Counted from the first letter of the stretch, positions 42,128-52,959 are shown. The stretch is DNA of 64,000 nt from a bacterium (GCA_031362565.1 JANLSU010000103.1:1-64000), one strand, 5' to 3'. The notes: generated by a model from the sequence alone, not told the origin. Numbers and translations are program-made.

Positions 42128-42577
42128 ATGGACAAGAATGTCGCCGGGGGACTTTCGCACGCGGCTGACACGCTGGGACTCACCGGACTCGTGCCGTTCG
42201 AGGTCGTGATCGCGTCGCAGGTGACGCTCAGGGCCGCGCCCGGCATCGTCCGCATCATGGTGGAGCTGCCAGCGGGACGGTCCCTCGTCCCCGGCAAGCC
42301 GGTGACCTATCGCGTCCACGGCGGCGAGGCCGGCTTCGACTTCGAACGCGGTGGCCAGATTATCAATCTGCAGGGCGTGAGTTTCCCGCTCGTACTGCGC
42401 TATGAGCCGCGCCTCTTCCCGTCGGCGCCGGCGCGCGGCGAGCTCTCGATCGATCTGGCGTTTTGGCACACCGACGGAACGCACACCGCCGGCCAAGACC
42501 TGCAGTGGCGCCAGCCCATCGCGTGGGACCCCAAGGGTGGCACCACGGTCGATCTGCGCCACACCCTCGGCGCCTGA
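42128..42577 (+). CDS. Hypothetical protein (beta-rich)
   Basis: GGAGG RBS, GC3-biased codons, fills the gap between the DUF971 gene and citrate synthase. Confidence 0.6.
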   Translation: MDKNVAGGLSHAADTLGLTGLVPFEVVIASQVTLRAAPGIVRIMVELPAGRSLVPGKPVTYRVHGGEAGFDFERGGQIINLQGVSFPLVLRYEPRLFPSAPARGELSIDLAFWHTDGTHTAGQDLQWRQPIAWDPKGGTTVDLRHTLGA

Positions 42578-42592
42578 AATCAGCGGCCTGCT

Positions 42593-43717
42593 TCAGCGAT
42601 CTTCGCGCAGCACGTACGGCACACCGCGTTTGCCGACGTAATCGGAGCGCGGCCGAATGAGCCGGTTGTCGAGCAACTGCTCCATGATGTGCGCCGTCCA
42701 ACCCGAGACCCGGCTCATGGCGAAGAGCGCCGTGTACAGCTCGAGCGGGATGCCCATCATGTAGTACGTCGATGCCGAGTAGAAGTCGACGTTCGGCGCC
42801 AGGCCCTTCTCTTCGCGCACCACGCGTTCGATGGCTTGCGACATGTGGAACCACTTCGAATCGCCTTGCGCTTCGCCGACCGCCTGGCAGGCGCGGCGCA
42901 AGTGCGCGGCGCGCGGGTCCTCGACTTTGTAGACCCGGTGGCCGAAGCCCATGATGCGTTCCTTGGCGGCGATTTGGGTCCGGACCCAGGTATCCGCGGT
43001 CGAACCGCTGGCATCGATTTGCAGCAGCATTTGCATGACGCGAATGTTGGCGCCGCCGTGCAGCGGGCCCTTGAGCGTGCCGATGGCCGAGACGACGGCG
43101 CTGTGCATGTCGGCTTGCGTCGAGGTCGTAACCCGCGCCGCGAACGTCGAAGCGTTGAACCCATGGTCGGCATGCAGAACGAGCGCTTGGTCGAACGTAC
43201 GCTCGACGACCGGATCGGGATTCGTACCCGTGAACATGTAGAGGAAATTGCCGGCGTACGACCGTTCGGTCGACGGCGGCACGAACGGGAGCCCGGCGCG
43301 CGCCCGGCCGATGGCTGCGACGATGGTGCCCATCGACGCCGTCAGGCGGCGCGCTTTGCGATGCGAGGCCTCGACACTCATGTCCTCGGCTTCGGGATCG
43401 AACGCCGAGAGCGCCGACACCGCGGTACGCAGCGTCGCCATCGCGTCGTCTTTGGCGGCGATTCGCGCCACGATTTCCAGAACCGGCGCCGGCACCTGGC
43501 GATCGGCGGCCAGTTCCTTGGAAAACGTCGCGAGTTGGCCTTGGGTCGGCAGGACGCCGTTCCACAGCAGATAAACGGTTTCTTCGAAGGTCGAATGCTT
43601 GGCGAGATCGTGAATGTCGATCCCTTGATAAATCAGGGCGCCCTTTTCCCCATCGACCTTGCTGATCGAGGTTGGGGCGACAACGACCCCTTCGAGGCCG
43701 CGCGCGACTTCCGGCAT
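42593..43717 (-). CDS. Citrate synthase (short type; citrate or 2-methylcitrate)
   Basis: GLEGVV, LHADHGFNAST, LKGPLHGGAN, IMGFGHRVYK, DPRA, PNVDFYS, LIRP. Confidence 0.93.
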   Translation of the reverse strand: MPEVARGLEGVVVAPTSISKVDGEKGALIYQGIDIHDLAKHSTFEETVYLLWNGVLPTQGQLATFSKELAADRQVPAPVLEIVARIAAKDDAMATLRTAVSALSAFDPEAEDMSVEASHRKARRLTASMGTIVAAIGRARAGLPFVPPSTERSYAGNFLYMFTGTNPDPVVERTFDQALVLHADHGFNASTFAARVTTSTQADMHSAVVSAIGTLKGPLHGGANIRVMQMLLQIDASGSTADTWVRTQIAAKERIMGFGHRVYKVEDPRAAHLRRACQAVGEAQGDSKWFHMSQAIERVVREEKGLAPNVDFYSASTYYMMGIPLELYTALFAMSRVSGWTAHIMEQLLDNRLIRPRSDYVGKRGVPYVLREDR

Positions 43718-43882
43718 GTGTCAATCCTCCGGGACAGCCCTGTTCAAGGGCTACGATCGTGGGTCGTTCGGTGATTCGGGACCGCTGGACGAGCCGCGGG
43801 GCCAAACCAAGACTGTCCTGAGTATAGGAACGCCGCGCGCCGGTCGCAAGGGTCGTGCAGCCCCGCACGGGGCGCCCTTTTT

Positions 43883-45886
43883 CTAGAGCTTGCGCTGGTA
43901 CCAGCCGAGGGTCCGTCGCAGGTGCTCGGCACGCGCGCGCGGCCGCCCGCTGCGCGTCAAGGCGTGCGATTCGCCAGGAAAACGCACGAATTCAACCTCG
44001 CGGCCCAGGACCCGGAGCGCCGTGAACAGCTCTTCGGACTGGCCAATCGGACAACGGTGATCCTGTTCCCCATGCAGCAAGAGGAGCGGGGTGCGGATCG
44101 CCCCGGCGCGCGCCAGGGGCGAAACCCGCCACCAGCGGTCGAACGAGTGCCATGGGAGCTGGCCCTCGAACTCAGGGAGGAGTTCGGGCCCGATGTCACA
44201 CGTCCCGAACATGGAGAACAGATTCGTGACCCCGCGCATCGAGACGGCGCACTTGAAGCGCTGCGTGTTGGCGATCGCCCAAGCGGTCAAGTAGCCGCCG
44301 TAGGAACCGCCCGCGACGGCGATCCGGGCGGCGTCGACGAACGGCAGCCGCTCGATGGTGTCGGTGACGCGCATCAAATCCTCATGATCCGAGTGGCCCC
44401 AGTTGCCGACCAGGGCGCGCATGAAATTGCGGCCGTAGCCGGCGCTGCCGCGCAGGTTGGTGAATACGACGTGATAGCCTTGGCTCGCGAGCATTTGAAA
44501 TTCGAAGAAAAAGCTCCAGCCGTACATCAGGTACGGACCGCCGTGAATCGCCACCACGGTAGGGCGGCGCTCCGGCGCTCCCGTTGCACGCAGGATCCAA
44601 CCGTGGACTTCGTGACCGGGCACACACTTGACGCGAATCTCTTCGGGCACGGGCAGGCGATAGCGGCGCAGCCAAGTGTTGAGCTTGGTGAGTTGCTTGA
44701 CACCGGCACCCGGGACCATGCGGCTTCGGCGCCCCGTTCCGCCGGCTGTAGCAACGAAGACGTCGCCGGGTTCGGTCGGCGTGCGCCGCACGAATGCCCA
44801 CCGGCTTGCCCCACGGCTCTGCGACAGTTGGCAAATGCCGTGGCGGCCGGCGGTGCGCGGCCGCGCGGCGCCGTTCGCGACCGTGACTTCCCACACCTGA
44901 GTTTCGCCACGCTGGCTCGCCAACACGAACAACCGGTCACCGCGCGGCGACCAGAGCGGTGCCGGCGGCGGTCCATCGACGTCGTCGACATCGGTGAGCA
45001 GCGAATCGCCGCACATGAGATCGGACGCCGCCATCAAGTCGCGTGGTTTGCCGCCGCTCGCGTCGACGATCCACACGTGCAGGTTCTCGACCGCATCGGG
45101 AAAGCCGCGGTGCCCCATGTAAGCGATGCGGCGCCCGTCGGGTGACCACGCCGGCGCATGCTTGGGACCCATAGCCGAGGTCAGGGCGCGGATCCGGCCG
45201 CCTGCGGCACCGACCACGTAGACGTCGGCGTGCGGCCGTTGCACATCGGCGCGCGCGCTGCGATTCGACACGAACGCCAGCTGGCGGCTGTCCGGCGACC
45301 ACGCCGGATCGGCGACATCGGCATCGCCTGAGGTGAGAGACCGTTTGCGGCCGGTCGCGAGATCGAGAACCATGAGTTGGCTGAACGCGCCATCGCGGAA
45401 ACCGCGGCCATCCTGTTTGTCATCGATGCGGGTCATGACGCGCGCGACGGGCACTTCGTCGGCGGTTCCGAGTTCGTCCATGCCGGGCAATGGCGTATGC
45501 AAGAACGCCACGCGGCGTCCATCGGGCGAGACGGAGACGGCGCGCGCGTTGCCGTCGACGATCGTGAGTTGTTCCACCTTGCCGGTCTCTATACGCAAGC
45601 GCCAGAGCCCAGTCGCGTCCACGAGCCGGGTGGCGAAGACGAGGGTTCGCGAATCCGGCGCCCAGGCCGGCGCACCCTCCGCATCGAGTTTCGGCACCGC
45701 GACGCGGACCGCGCCGGTCACGGCATCGACAACCCGTAACTCCTCGCGGTACGTGTGGCGCGACGCGGCAGTGGTCCGCTCCACGTAGGCGACCCAACGT
45801 CCATCCGGCGACAAGCGCGTGCCGTAGGGCACTCGCAACTGCAGGACATGACTCGGGGTGAGTTGGGATTGGCCGGAACGCGGCAT
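43883..45886 (-). CDS. S9 family peptidase (dipeptidyl aminopeptidase/acylaminoacyl peptidase)
   Basis: WSPD propeller repeats, IHGGP, RGSAGYG, GGSYGG, HGEQDHRC, FPGESH; AAGGAG RBS. Confidence 0.93.
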   Translation of the reverse strand: MPRSGQSQLTPSHVLQLRVPYGTRLSPDGRWVAYVERTTAASRHTYREELRVVDAVTGAVRVAVPKLDAEGAPAWAPDSRTLVFATRLVDATGLWRLRIETGKVEQLTIVDGNARAVSVSPDGRRVAFLHTPLPGMDELGTADEVPVARVMTRIDDKQDGRGFRDGAFSQLMVLDLATGRKRSLTSGDADVADPAWSPDSRQLAFVSNRSARADVQRPHADVYVVGAAGGRIRALTSAMGPKHAPAWSPDGRRIAYMGHRGFPDAVENLHVWIVDASGGKPRDLMAASDLMCGDSLLTDVDDVDGPPPAPLWSPRGDRLFVLASQRGETQVWEVTVANGAARPRTAGRHGICQLSQSRGASRWAFVRRTPTEPGDVFVATAGGTGRRSRMVPGAGVKQLTKLNTWLRRYRLPVPEEIRVKCVPGHEVHGWILRATGAPERRPTVVAIHGGPYLMYGWSFFFEFQMLASQGYHVVFTNLRGSAGYGRNFMRALVGNWGHSDHEDLMRVTDTIERLPFVDAARIAVAGGSYGGYLTAWAIANTQRFKCAVSMRGVTNLFSMFGTCDIGPELLPEFEGQLPWHSFDRWWRVSPLARAGAIRTPLLLLHGEQDHRCPIGQSEELFTALRVLGREVEFVRFPGESHALTRSGRPRARAEHLRRTLGWYQRKL

Positions 45887-45976
45887 GCGGGGAGCTCCTT
45901 CGAACAAGTTCGGGGGCGCGGGCGCGACAGCGCACGGTACCCGAGCCTGCAACTCGCACACAAGCCCGCGTTCGCT

Positions 45977-47221
45977 TTAGCGCGTTCCGATGACCGGCAG
46001 TGGCGTGGAGACCAGATGTTCGAGCACCGGCGTTGCGAGACTTCGCGCCGCGATGGCGTGCCCACGCATGTTCCAGTGGTTGTCGCTGCTGAGATACGGA
46101 TGGTCGCCGTGCGCGATGCGGGCGGCGAATTCGGGGGTCAGATCGAAGAACGGCAGGCCGGCGGCATCGGCGAGCCCCGCCAAGGTGCGGTTGGGGCGCT
46201 CGAAATCGAGTTTGGACGCATCGAGCCCGAAACGTGCGATCCAACGTTGGCGTGCGGCGGGGTCGACTTGCTGTTCGGCGGGAATCGCCACCACGAGTGC
46301 CGTTGCATGCTGGATGTCGCACCACAGTCGCAGCGCGCGGAGGGCGCTGCCGGTCGAATCGATTGCGGCCCGGAGATCGGCGCTCGGTTCGTCTTGCAAA
46401 GCGTCCGCGAAACCCTTGTCGTAGACGTAGTAGTCGAACGGCTTCGGCTCCGCCGATTCGCCCGGCTCGGCGGGGGTACGGGCGCGCCGCACCGGATGCA
46501 CGAGCCGCGCCTTCAGCAACAAGTACAACTCGGAGTGCGAGTGCAGCCAGAGACGCACTTGCCGGTGCCACGGACGAAACTCTTGCCGGAAGCCGGCGGC
46601 GGACGCTTCCAACATTTGATAGCCGTCCACGACCGTCATCCGCGTGCGGCCGGAGTTGTCGGTGAAGTCGTTGCCGAGATAGAACGCCAGCAGCACACCA
46701 TCCGGTCCGATCTCGCGTCCGAGCCGCCGGAGCATGCCGATCTCTTGCTCCGTTCCGTAACCATCCACACCGGCATTGACGACTTCGGCGTCGTGCCACG
46801 CCGGCCGTCCGGGTGCCGTGGGCAACGCGGCGAGTTGCCCGCGCAGTTCGACTTCGAGGCGCTTCACGAAGCAACTGTCGAGCGGGCCGGCGTGAATTCC
46901 GAGCGTGAACGAATCACCGAGAGCCAAAAGACGCAGGCGACCGGGCACCCGCGGTCCGATCTCGCGGTCGCGAATTCCGAGACTGTTGGTGCGCACGTCG
47001 CAGGTGAACTCCGCGGTGTGCACGTGCTTGGCGAACCTGGGCACCATGACGTAGCCGAGTTCAGCGTTCGGTTGGTGCAGGCCACGCAGCGCGACGGCGA
47101 GCGGGAAGTGCTGTGGCGCGATGCGCCGCACACACAGTTCGCAGACGACAAGCGCAACGGCCGTACCGGCTGCGGCCAGCAGAATGTTGGAGACGACGCG
47201 CAGGAGGACGTGGGAGCGCAT
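45977..47221 (-). CDS. Membrane-anchored SGNH/GDSL hydrolase (AlgX/AlgJ-like)
   Basis: N-terminal TM, TNSLGIRD, LGDSFTLG, NAGVDGYGT, FYLGNDF, DNHWNMRGH. Confidence 0.85.
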   Translation of the reverse strand: MRSHVLLRVVSNILLAAAGTAVALVVCELCVRRIAPQHFPLAVALRGLHQPNAELGYVMVPRFAKHVHTAEFTCDVRTNSLGIRDREIGPRVPGRLRLLALGDSFTLGIHAGPLDSCFVKRLEVELRGQLAALPTAPGRPAWHDAEVVNAGVDGYGTEQEIGMLRRLGREIGPDGVLLAFYLGNDFTDNSGRTRMTVVDGYQMLEASAAGFRQEFRPWHRQVRLWLHSHSELYLLLKARLVHPVRRARTPAEPGESAEPKPFDYYVYDKGFADALQDEPSADLRAAIDSTGSALRALRLWCDIQHATALVVAIPAEQQVDPAARQRWIARFGLDASKLDFERPNRTLAGLADAAGLPFFDLTPEFAARIAHGDHPYLSSDNHWNMRGHAIAARSLATPVLEHLVSTPLPVIGTR

Positions 47222-47384
47222 GTCAGCGACCGCCGTCGGAGGGCGTGAACCTGAAACGCGATGAACGAGGCGAGCATACTCCGCTCTCCGAACGCCGTCG
47301 AGCCTCGCTCCCTTGACGCTCGGCAGGTCTTGCCCCTATACCCTTGGTCTACAAAGACGAGCCGGCCGTAAGGCAAGGCTCGAT

Positions 47385-47459
47385 CCGTTAGGGGTGGCCG
47401 AAAGGCCTGAGACCAAACCCTTCGAACCTGACCTGGGTCATACCAGCGTAGGGAAACGG
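47385..47459 (+). ncRNA. TPP (thiamine pyrophosphate) riboswitch aptamer
   Basis: AGGGGTG...CTGAGA...ACCCTTCGAACCTGA-CCTGGGTCATACCAGCGTAGGGAA, closed by P1 CCGTT/AACGG; lies upstream of a TonB receptor. Confidence 0.93.
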
Positions 47460-47482
47460 GCCAAGATCCTCAGGTACCCACA

Positions 47483-47506
47483 GCTGCCTCTCGGGTGGCG
47501 TTTTTT
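47483..47506 (+). terminator. Intrinsic terminator, probable riboswitch expression platform
   Basis: GCTGCC-TCTCG-GGTGGC hairpin (two G.U pairs) followed by G and T6, between the aptamer and the RBS. Confidence 0.6.
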
Positions 47507-47555
47507 CAAGCCAACGTCCGGCGCCAATCGGCCGGTCGAACCGAGGGGGATCGCG

Positions 47556-49967
47556 TTGTCGCGTCATGCCGTTTTGTTCATGCTCGTTGCTGCGGCGCTC
47601 GCTGGTCGAGCCCGCGCCGACACACTCCAGGGCCGGGTTGTGGACCGCGTCACCGGCGCCCCGGTGGCGGCGGTGGAAGTGCGTGTGATCGGCGCGCCGC
47701 GCGTCGTGCTCACGAACCAGGCCGGCGAATTCACGGTTGCCGATGTCTCGGACAGTGATCTCGAAATCGAACTGCTGCGCTTCGGCTACCTGCCGGCGCA
47801 CCAGCGGGTGTCCCGCGCCGGCGTCGCGAGCAGTGGCGGAACACTCGAAGTGCGCCTCGAACCGCTCGCGTTCCAGGAGGATCCCGTCATCGTCAGCGCG
47901 GCGCGCGTGCAGCGGCGCGAAAGTCCGATTCCGCACTCGGAGTTGACGCACGCCGAACTTCAGGAGCGCTATACGACGCAGGATCTGCCGGTGCTCTTGG
48001 CGGCGCTGCCGTCCTCGATCTACTACTCGGAAAGCGGCAATGGCATCGGTTACAACTACCTGACGTTGCGCGGCTTTGACCAGCGGCGCATCTCGGTGCT
48101 GGTGAATGGTGTGCCGCAGAACGACCCCGAGGACCAAAACGTCTACTGGCTCGATTTCCCGGACCTCGCCGCCAACTTGCAGGACGTGCAGGTGCAACGC
48201 GGTGCGGGCAGTGGCTTCTACGGACCACCGGCCATTGGCGGCGCGGTCAATCTCGCAACGGCGGCCTTCGATCCGCAGCCGGGCGTCCGCGTGCAAACCG
48301 GTGCAGGGAGTTTCGGCACCCGCAAGTCGTCGTTGCAGTTGAATTCCGGGCTGGTGAACGGCGTCTATGCTTTTTCGGGCCGTTATTCGCGGCTTCTCTC
48401 GGACGGCTACCGGCAAGACTCCTGGACCGACTTCACGTCATTCTTCTTTGGCGCGGCGCGCTACGACGCCCACCTGACGACGCGCATCCACGTCTACGGC
48501 GGGCCGCTGTCGGATGGCTTGGCCTACTACGGCGTGCCGGGCACCGCGGTGCACGATCGCGTCGCGCGCCGCCAGAATGCCCTCGCAGGCGGCGCCCAGA
48601 TCGAGAATTTCTCTCAACCACACTACGAATTGCTGAGCGAATGGCGGCCGAATGCCAAGGTGCGGGTCGTGAACACGCTCTTCTACGTGCAAGGTGACGG
48701 CTTCTTCGACTTCGACGGTTCGTTCGCCGACACGACGTACTATCGCCTGACCGGCGCGTACGGATTCCGCCCGGCGACGAATCCCGGGCGGTCGCTCATT
48801 CGGGCTTCGGTTGCCAACAAGCAGGCCGGCTGGCTGCCGCGAGTCGAATGGCAGCATGCGAACGGCGAACTGACGGTTGGTGCCGAACTGCGCCGGCACC
48901 GCTCCGATCACTGGGGCCAGATCCGCTGGGCCGAAGCCCTGCCGGCGGGCCTCGATCCCGAGCGCAAGTACTATCGCTATCGCGGCGGCAAGGACATTCT
49001 GGGCGCCTATGCGCACGAAGTGCTGCACGCGACCGAACGCTTGCAAGTGACCGGCGATCTGCAGCTCGTCTACGACCGCTATCGGATTTTCGACGAGGAT
49101 TTCGCCGCCACGACGTTCGCCCAGCCGTATGTGTTCGCGAATCCACGCTTCGGCGTCAACTACAACGCCAACCAGTCGCTGCACGGCTACGCGAGTTACG
49201 GCTACGTGCAGCGCGAGCCGCGGCTAAAGAATCTCTATGACGCCGCCGAATCGAGCGGCGGCGCCACACCGCAATACGACACCTTGTCCGGCGGCGGGGT
49301 CGATTTCGATCAGCCATTGGTGCATCCCGAAAAGTTGCACGACTTCGAATTAGGCGCCGGCTGGCGCCAAGGCACCCGCGCCACTGCGGCGGTGAATCTG
49401 TTCTGGATGGATTTTCACGACGAGATCGTCTCCAACGGCCAGCTCGACCGTTTCGGGCAACCGGTCACCGGCAACGCCGCGCGCTCGGTGCATCGCGGCA
49501 TCGAGTTGGAAGCCCGTGTCCGGCCGGTTGCGGCGTTCGAAGTCGAGGGCAATCTGTCTTGGAGCCAAAACCGGTTCCGCGACCACCGTGTCTTCGTGGA
49601 CGCCGGCGGCAGTGCGATTCCGGCCGGCGTGCAACTGGGCGGCAACGAGATTGCAGGCTTCCCGAGTTTGGTTTCCAACTTGCGCGGCACGCTCCGTGGG
49701 CACGGCGCGACTGTGGCACTCGCCGCCCGTGGCGTCGGTGAGTTCTTCACGACCAACTTCGAAAACGCCAGTGAACGCGTCCCCGGGCACTTCGTATTGG
49801 ATGCCGAGGCCGCGTACGAACTGCCGTTCGCGACCCTGCGCCGCACGCGGCTCCAATTGCAGGTGCGCAACGTGCTCGACCAGTTGTACGTGCTGCACGG
49901 TGAGGGCGATCAGTTCTTCCCGGCCGCAACTCGCAATTTCTTTGCCAGCGTCGAGTTCGGCCTGTAA
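47556..49967 (+). CDS. TonB-dependent receptor, probable thiamine uptake
   Basis: Signal peptide, carboxypeptidase-regulatory-like N-domain, plug LRGFDQRRISVLVNGVPQND...VQVQRGAG, C-terminal RNFFASVEFGL. Downstream of a TPP riboswitch; GAGGGGG precedes TTG 47556. Confidence 0.92.
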   Translation: MSRHAVLFMLVAAALAGRARADTLQGRVVDRVTGAPVAAVEVRVIGAPRVVLTNQAGEFTVADVSDSDLEIELLRFGYLPAHQRVSRAGVASSGGTLEVRLEPLAFQEDPVIVSAARVQRRESPIPHSELTHAELQERYTTQDLPVLLAALPSSIYYSESGNGIGYNYLTLRGFDQRRISVLVNGVPQNDPEDQNVYWLDFPDLAANLQDVQVQRGAGSGFYGPPAIGGAVNLATAAFDPQPGVRVQTGAGSFGTRKSSLQLNSGLVNGVYAFSGRYSRLLSDGYRQDSWTDFTSFFFGAARYDAHLTTRIHVYGGPLSDGLAYYGVPGTAVHDRVARRQNALAGGAQIENFSQPHYELLSEWRPNAKVRVVNTLFYVQGDGFFDFDGSFADTTYYRLTGAYGFRPATNPGRSLIRASVANKQAGWLPRVEWQHANGELTVGAELRRHRSDHWGQIRWAEALPAGLDPERKYYRYRGGKDILGAYAHEVLHATERLQVTGDLQLVYDRYRIFDEDFAATTFAQPYVFANPRFGVNYNANQSLHGYASYGYVQREPRLKNLYDAAESSGGATPQYDTLSGGGVDFDQPLVHPEKLHDFELGAGWRQGTRATAAVNLFWMDFHDEIVSNGQLDRFGQPVTGNAARSVHRGIELEARVRPVAAFEVEGNLSWSQNRFRDHRVFVDAGGSAIPAGVQLGGNEIAGFPSLVSNLRGTLRGHGATVALAARGVGEFFTTNFENASERVPGHFVLDAEAAYELPFATLRRTRLQLQVRNVLDQLYVLHGEGDQFFPAATRNFFASVEFGL

Positions 49968-49971
49968 GGCG

Positions 49972-51054
49972 TCACGCCGAGCCGGCCTCGAAGGCATTGA
50001 ATGCGTCGCGGTAGAGCCCGCCCAGCCGCTCCCACGAATAGTCGTGGGCGGCGGTGTGGGTGGCTTGCCGCATGCGGTCGCGCTCCGCGGCCGGCATTTC
50101 GACAAACCGCCGCATAGCGTCGCCGACTTCGTTCGCATCGCGCAGGAAGATGCCGATGGCCTGTTTCTCGAAGTCCACGACGTTGCCCTCGGACTTGATG
50201 ATGATCGGCAACTCGAAAGCCAACGCCAAGTAGATGGCCGAACAGGTCTCGATGTACTTGTACGGCGCGACGAAGCAATCGGCGGCGCGCAGATAGACCT
50301 GGATGTCGTCGTCCGGCACATAGCCGAGCGCCAGGTGCACGTGCGGAGTGTCGCGGGCTTGGGTTTCGAGCCCGGCTTGGAATTCGGGCGAATAGGGTTT
50401 GCCGGCGATGAGCAGCCACGTGTCCGGCGCCGTGCGCTGCACGGTCGCGAAGGCGTCCAGCAGAATGTCGACGCCTTTGTACGGCCGCACGTTGCCGAAG
50501 AAGACGAAGACCGTCGCCGCTGCCGGAATCCCGAGCCGGGCCCGGGCGTCGGCGCGCGACACGCGATCCTCATAGGCGCCCGCGTAGCTGCCGATCGGAA
50601 TCGTGTAGGCATGCCGCTTACGCCCCCAGCGCCGCTCGGCTTCGGCGCGCACGTCCGGGGTGTGAAAGAAGACGATCGATGCGAGGTTCCACAACATGCG
50701 TCGCGATGCCATGTGCAGCCAATTGAGCTGCTCGGCATCGTGGACGTGCACCTCGTGCACGGTCCAAATGATCTTGTAGCCGCGCGCCACGAGCGCCAGC
50801 CACACGAGATGGGTCACGATGTAGTGTTTGAGCCCGAACAATCGCGTCCAGGCCCGGGGCCGCAGAGTAAAGAACACTTCCGGCCAATGGAAATGCACGT
50901 AGTGGAACCGGTCGCGCCGCCGGTGGGTGAGCACCCAGCGGAGCGAAAACGGAAACTGCTCGTAATGCAGCCCGATCGTCGCCAAGGCGCGGTACAGGAG
51001 CACGGTATAGACGTTGCCCGATTCCTGGCTGGGCAGCATCGTGATCCGGCTCAA
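49972..51054 (-). CDS. GT4 family glycosyltransferase
   Basis: HFHWPE, IWTVHE, FFGNVRPYKGVD, AADCFVAPY. Start is TTG 51054 (TTGA overlap) or ATG 51039. Confidence 0.85.
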   Translation of the reverse strand: MSRITMLPSQESGNVYTVLLYRALATIGLHYEQFPFSLRWVLTHRRRDRFHYVHFHWPEVFFTLRPRAWTRLFGLKHYIVTHLVWLALVARGYKIIWTVHEVHVHDAEQLNWLHMASRRMLWNLASIVFFHTPDVRAEAERRWGRKRHAYTIPIGSYAGAYEDRVSRADARARLGIPAAATVFVFFGNVRPYKGVDILLDAFATVQRTAPDTWLLIAGKPYSPEFQAGLETQARDTPHVHLALGYVPDDDIQVYLRAADCFVAPYKYIETCSAIYLALAFELPIIIKSEGNVVDFEKQAIGIFLRDANEVGDAMRRFVEMPAAERDRMRQATHTAAHDYSWERLGGLYRDAFNAFEAGSA

Positions 51055-51998
51055 GTCGTAGCCTCCGCCGCAATCCGCGCCCGCCAATCGGCCATGATGT
51101 CGTCGAGCGTCGTGTCGATCGCGTACTCGGGCTGCCAGCCGGTGCGGGCATGCAGGCGTGCCGGGTCGCCGGCCAGCACCGGCAGATCGCTCGGCCGCCA
51201 GCGTTCGGGATCGACTTCGGAGCGCAGTGGCACGCGGGCGCGACGTATGAGACCGTCCAGCAGATCGCCAATGCGCGCCGCTTCACCGCGGCAGACGTTG
51301 TAGACCGTGGCTGGTTCGCCGTGTTCGGCGAGCAGCGCATACGCCCGCACGACGTCACGCACGTCGAGGAAATCACGCCACACGTCCAGGTTGCCGACCC
51401 GCAGGAGTGGTGGTTGCCCGCCGCGTTCGATCGCCGCAATCTGGCGCGCGAAACCCGGTAACACGAATCGATCGCTTTGGCCGGGGCCGCTATGGTTGAA
51501 ACTGCGGACGAGCACGACGTTGAGTCCGTGGCTGGCCGCATACTGCAGCGCCAACATCCCTTGGGCGGCTTTGCTGACGGCGTAGGGACTTTGCGGCCGC
51601 AACGGTGCGGTCTCGGCGATGGGCTGGTGTTCGCGGTCGACGGCGCCGTACTCCTCCGCCGATCCCACCACCACGATCCGCGCCTGCGGCGCCTTGGCGC
51701 GCATCGCCTCGAGCACGTTGCACGTGCCGGTCAGGTTGACGTGCAGCACCTCTTGCGGATGGGCGAATGAATAGGCGACCGAAGAGAGGCCAGCCAGATG
51801 GAAGATCCAGTCCGGCCGCGCCGCATCGACCAGCGCCACGACGGCCGCAACGTCCAAAAGATCGGCGCGGATATGGCGTTCGCCGCCCATGCCGTCGGCG
51901 CGATCCGTCGTCCACACCTCGTGACCCGCGCCCGTGAGCCGCGCCACGAGGTGCGGCCCCACGAAGCCCGAGGCTCCGGTCACGAGACAGCGCCGCAC
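51051..51998 (-). CDS. rmd: GDP-4-keto-6-deoxy-D-mannose reductase (Rmd-like SDR)
   Basis: VTGASGFVG, FHLAGLSSV, GSAEEYG, SPYAVSK, RSFNHSGPGQ, GNLDVWRDFLDVRDVVRAY; immediately downstream of gmd. Confidence 0.8.
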   Translation of the reverse strand: MRRCLVTGASGFVGPHLVARLTGAGHEVWTTDRADGMGGERHIRADLLDVAAVVALVDAARPDWIFHLAGLSSVAYSFAHPQEVLHVNLTGTCNVLEAMRAKAPQARIVVVGSAEEYGAVDREHQPIAETAPLRPQSPYAVSKAAQGMLALQYAASHGLNVVLVRSFNHSGPGQSDRFVLPGFARQIAAIERGGQPPLLRVGNLDVWRDFLDVRDVVRAYALLAEHGEPATVYNVCRGEAARIGDLLDGLIRRARVPLRSEVDPERWRPSDLPVLAGDPARLHARTGWQPEYAIDTTLDDIMADWRARIAAEATT

Positions 51999-51999
51999 G

Positions 52000-52959
52000 T
52001 CAGCGCCTCAAGCGATCGAGGTCGGCGCGGACCATCATCTCGACGAGTTGCGGCAGATCCACCTCGGCGCGCCATCCGAAGGCCTTCTTGGCGCTCGAAC
52101 AGTCGCCGATGAGCTGGTTGACTTCCGCCGGCCGTACGAAGCGCGGATCGACGACCACATGTTTTTCCCAATCGAGTCCGGCGGCTTCGAACGCCAGGCG
52201 CGCGAACTCGCGCACGGTGTGCGTTGCGCCGGTCGCGATGACGAAATCCTGCGGTGTGTCGAGCTGCAGCATCTGCCACATGCCGCGCACGTAGTCGCCG
52301 GCAAAACCCCAGTCGCGTTCGGCGTCCAGGTTGCCGAGCGCCAGTTCCTTGGCGAGGCCGGCCTTGATGCGCGCCGCGCCGTCGGTGATCTTGCGGGTCA
52401 CGAACTCGAGGCCGCGGCGCGGCGATTCGTGATTGAACAAGATCCCCGAACTGACATACATGTTGTAGCTCTCGCGATAGTTCACGGCGATGTAATGGCC
52501 GTACACCTTGGCGACGCCATAGGGGCTCCGCGGCGCGAACGGTGTCGTTTCACGCTGTGGCGATTCGCCGGCATTGCCGAACATCTCGCTGGACGATGCT
52601 TGATAGAAGCGTGCCTCGGGCGCCATCATGCGCGCCGCTTCGAGCAGGCGCGTGACACCCAGCGCCGTGAACTCGCCGGTCAGGACCGGCTGGTTCCAGG
52701 ACGTCTGCACGAACGACTGTGCCGCCAGGTTGTAGATCTCGTGCGGCCGAGCGGCCCGCACTGCTTCCAGCAACGAATTTTGATCCAAGAGATCGCCTTG
52801 CAAGAGTTGCAGGCGATCTTGGATATGCTCGATGCGCTCGAAGTTGAGGGTGCTGCTCCGGCGTACGAGGCCATACACCTCGTAGCCCTTGTCGAGCAGG
52901 AACTCGGCGAGGTACGAACCGTCCTGTCCGGTGATGCCGGTGACCAGGGCCCGTTTCAC
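52000..52959 (-). CDS. gmd: GDP-mannose 4,6-dehydratase
   Basis: [73 protein letters not shown]. Confidence 0.96.
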   Translation of the reverse strand: MKRALVTGITGQDGSYLAEFLLDKGYEVYGLVRRSSTLNFERIEHIQDRLQLLQGDLLDQNSLLEAVRAARPHEIYNLAAQSFVQTSWNQPVLTGEFTALGVTRLLEAARMMAPEARFYQASSSEMFGNAGESPQRETTPFAPRSPYGVAKVYGHYIAVNYRESYNMYVSSGILFNHESPRRGLEFVTRKITDGAARIKAGLAKELALGNLDAERDWGFAGDYVRGMWQMLQLDTPQDFVIATGATHTVREFARLAFEAAGLDWEKHVVVDPRFVRPAEVNQLIGDCSSAKKAFGWRAEVDLPQLVEMMVRADLDRLRR

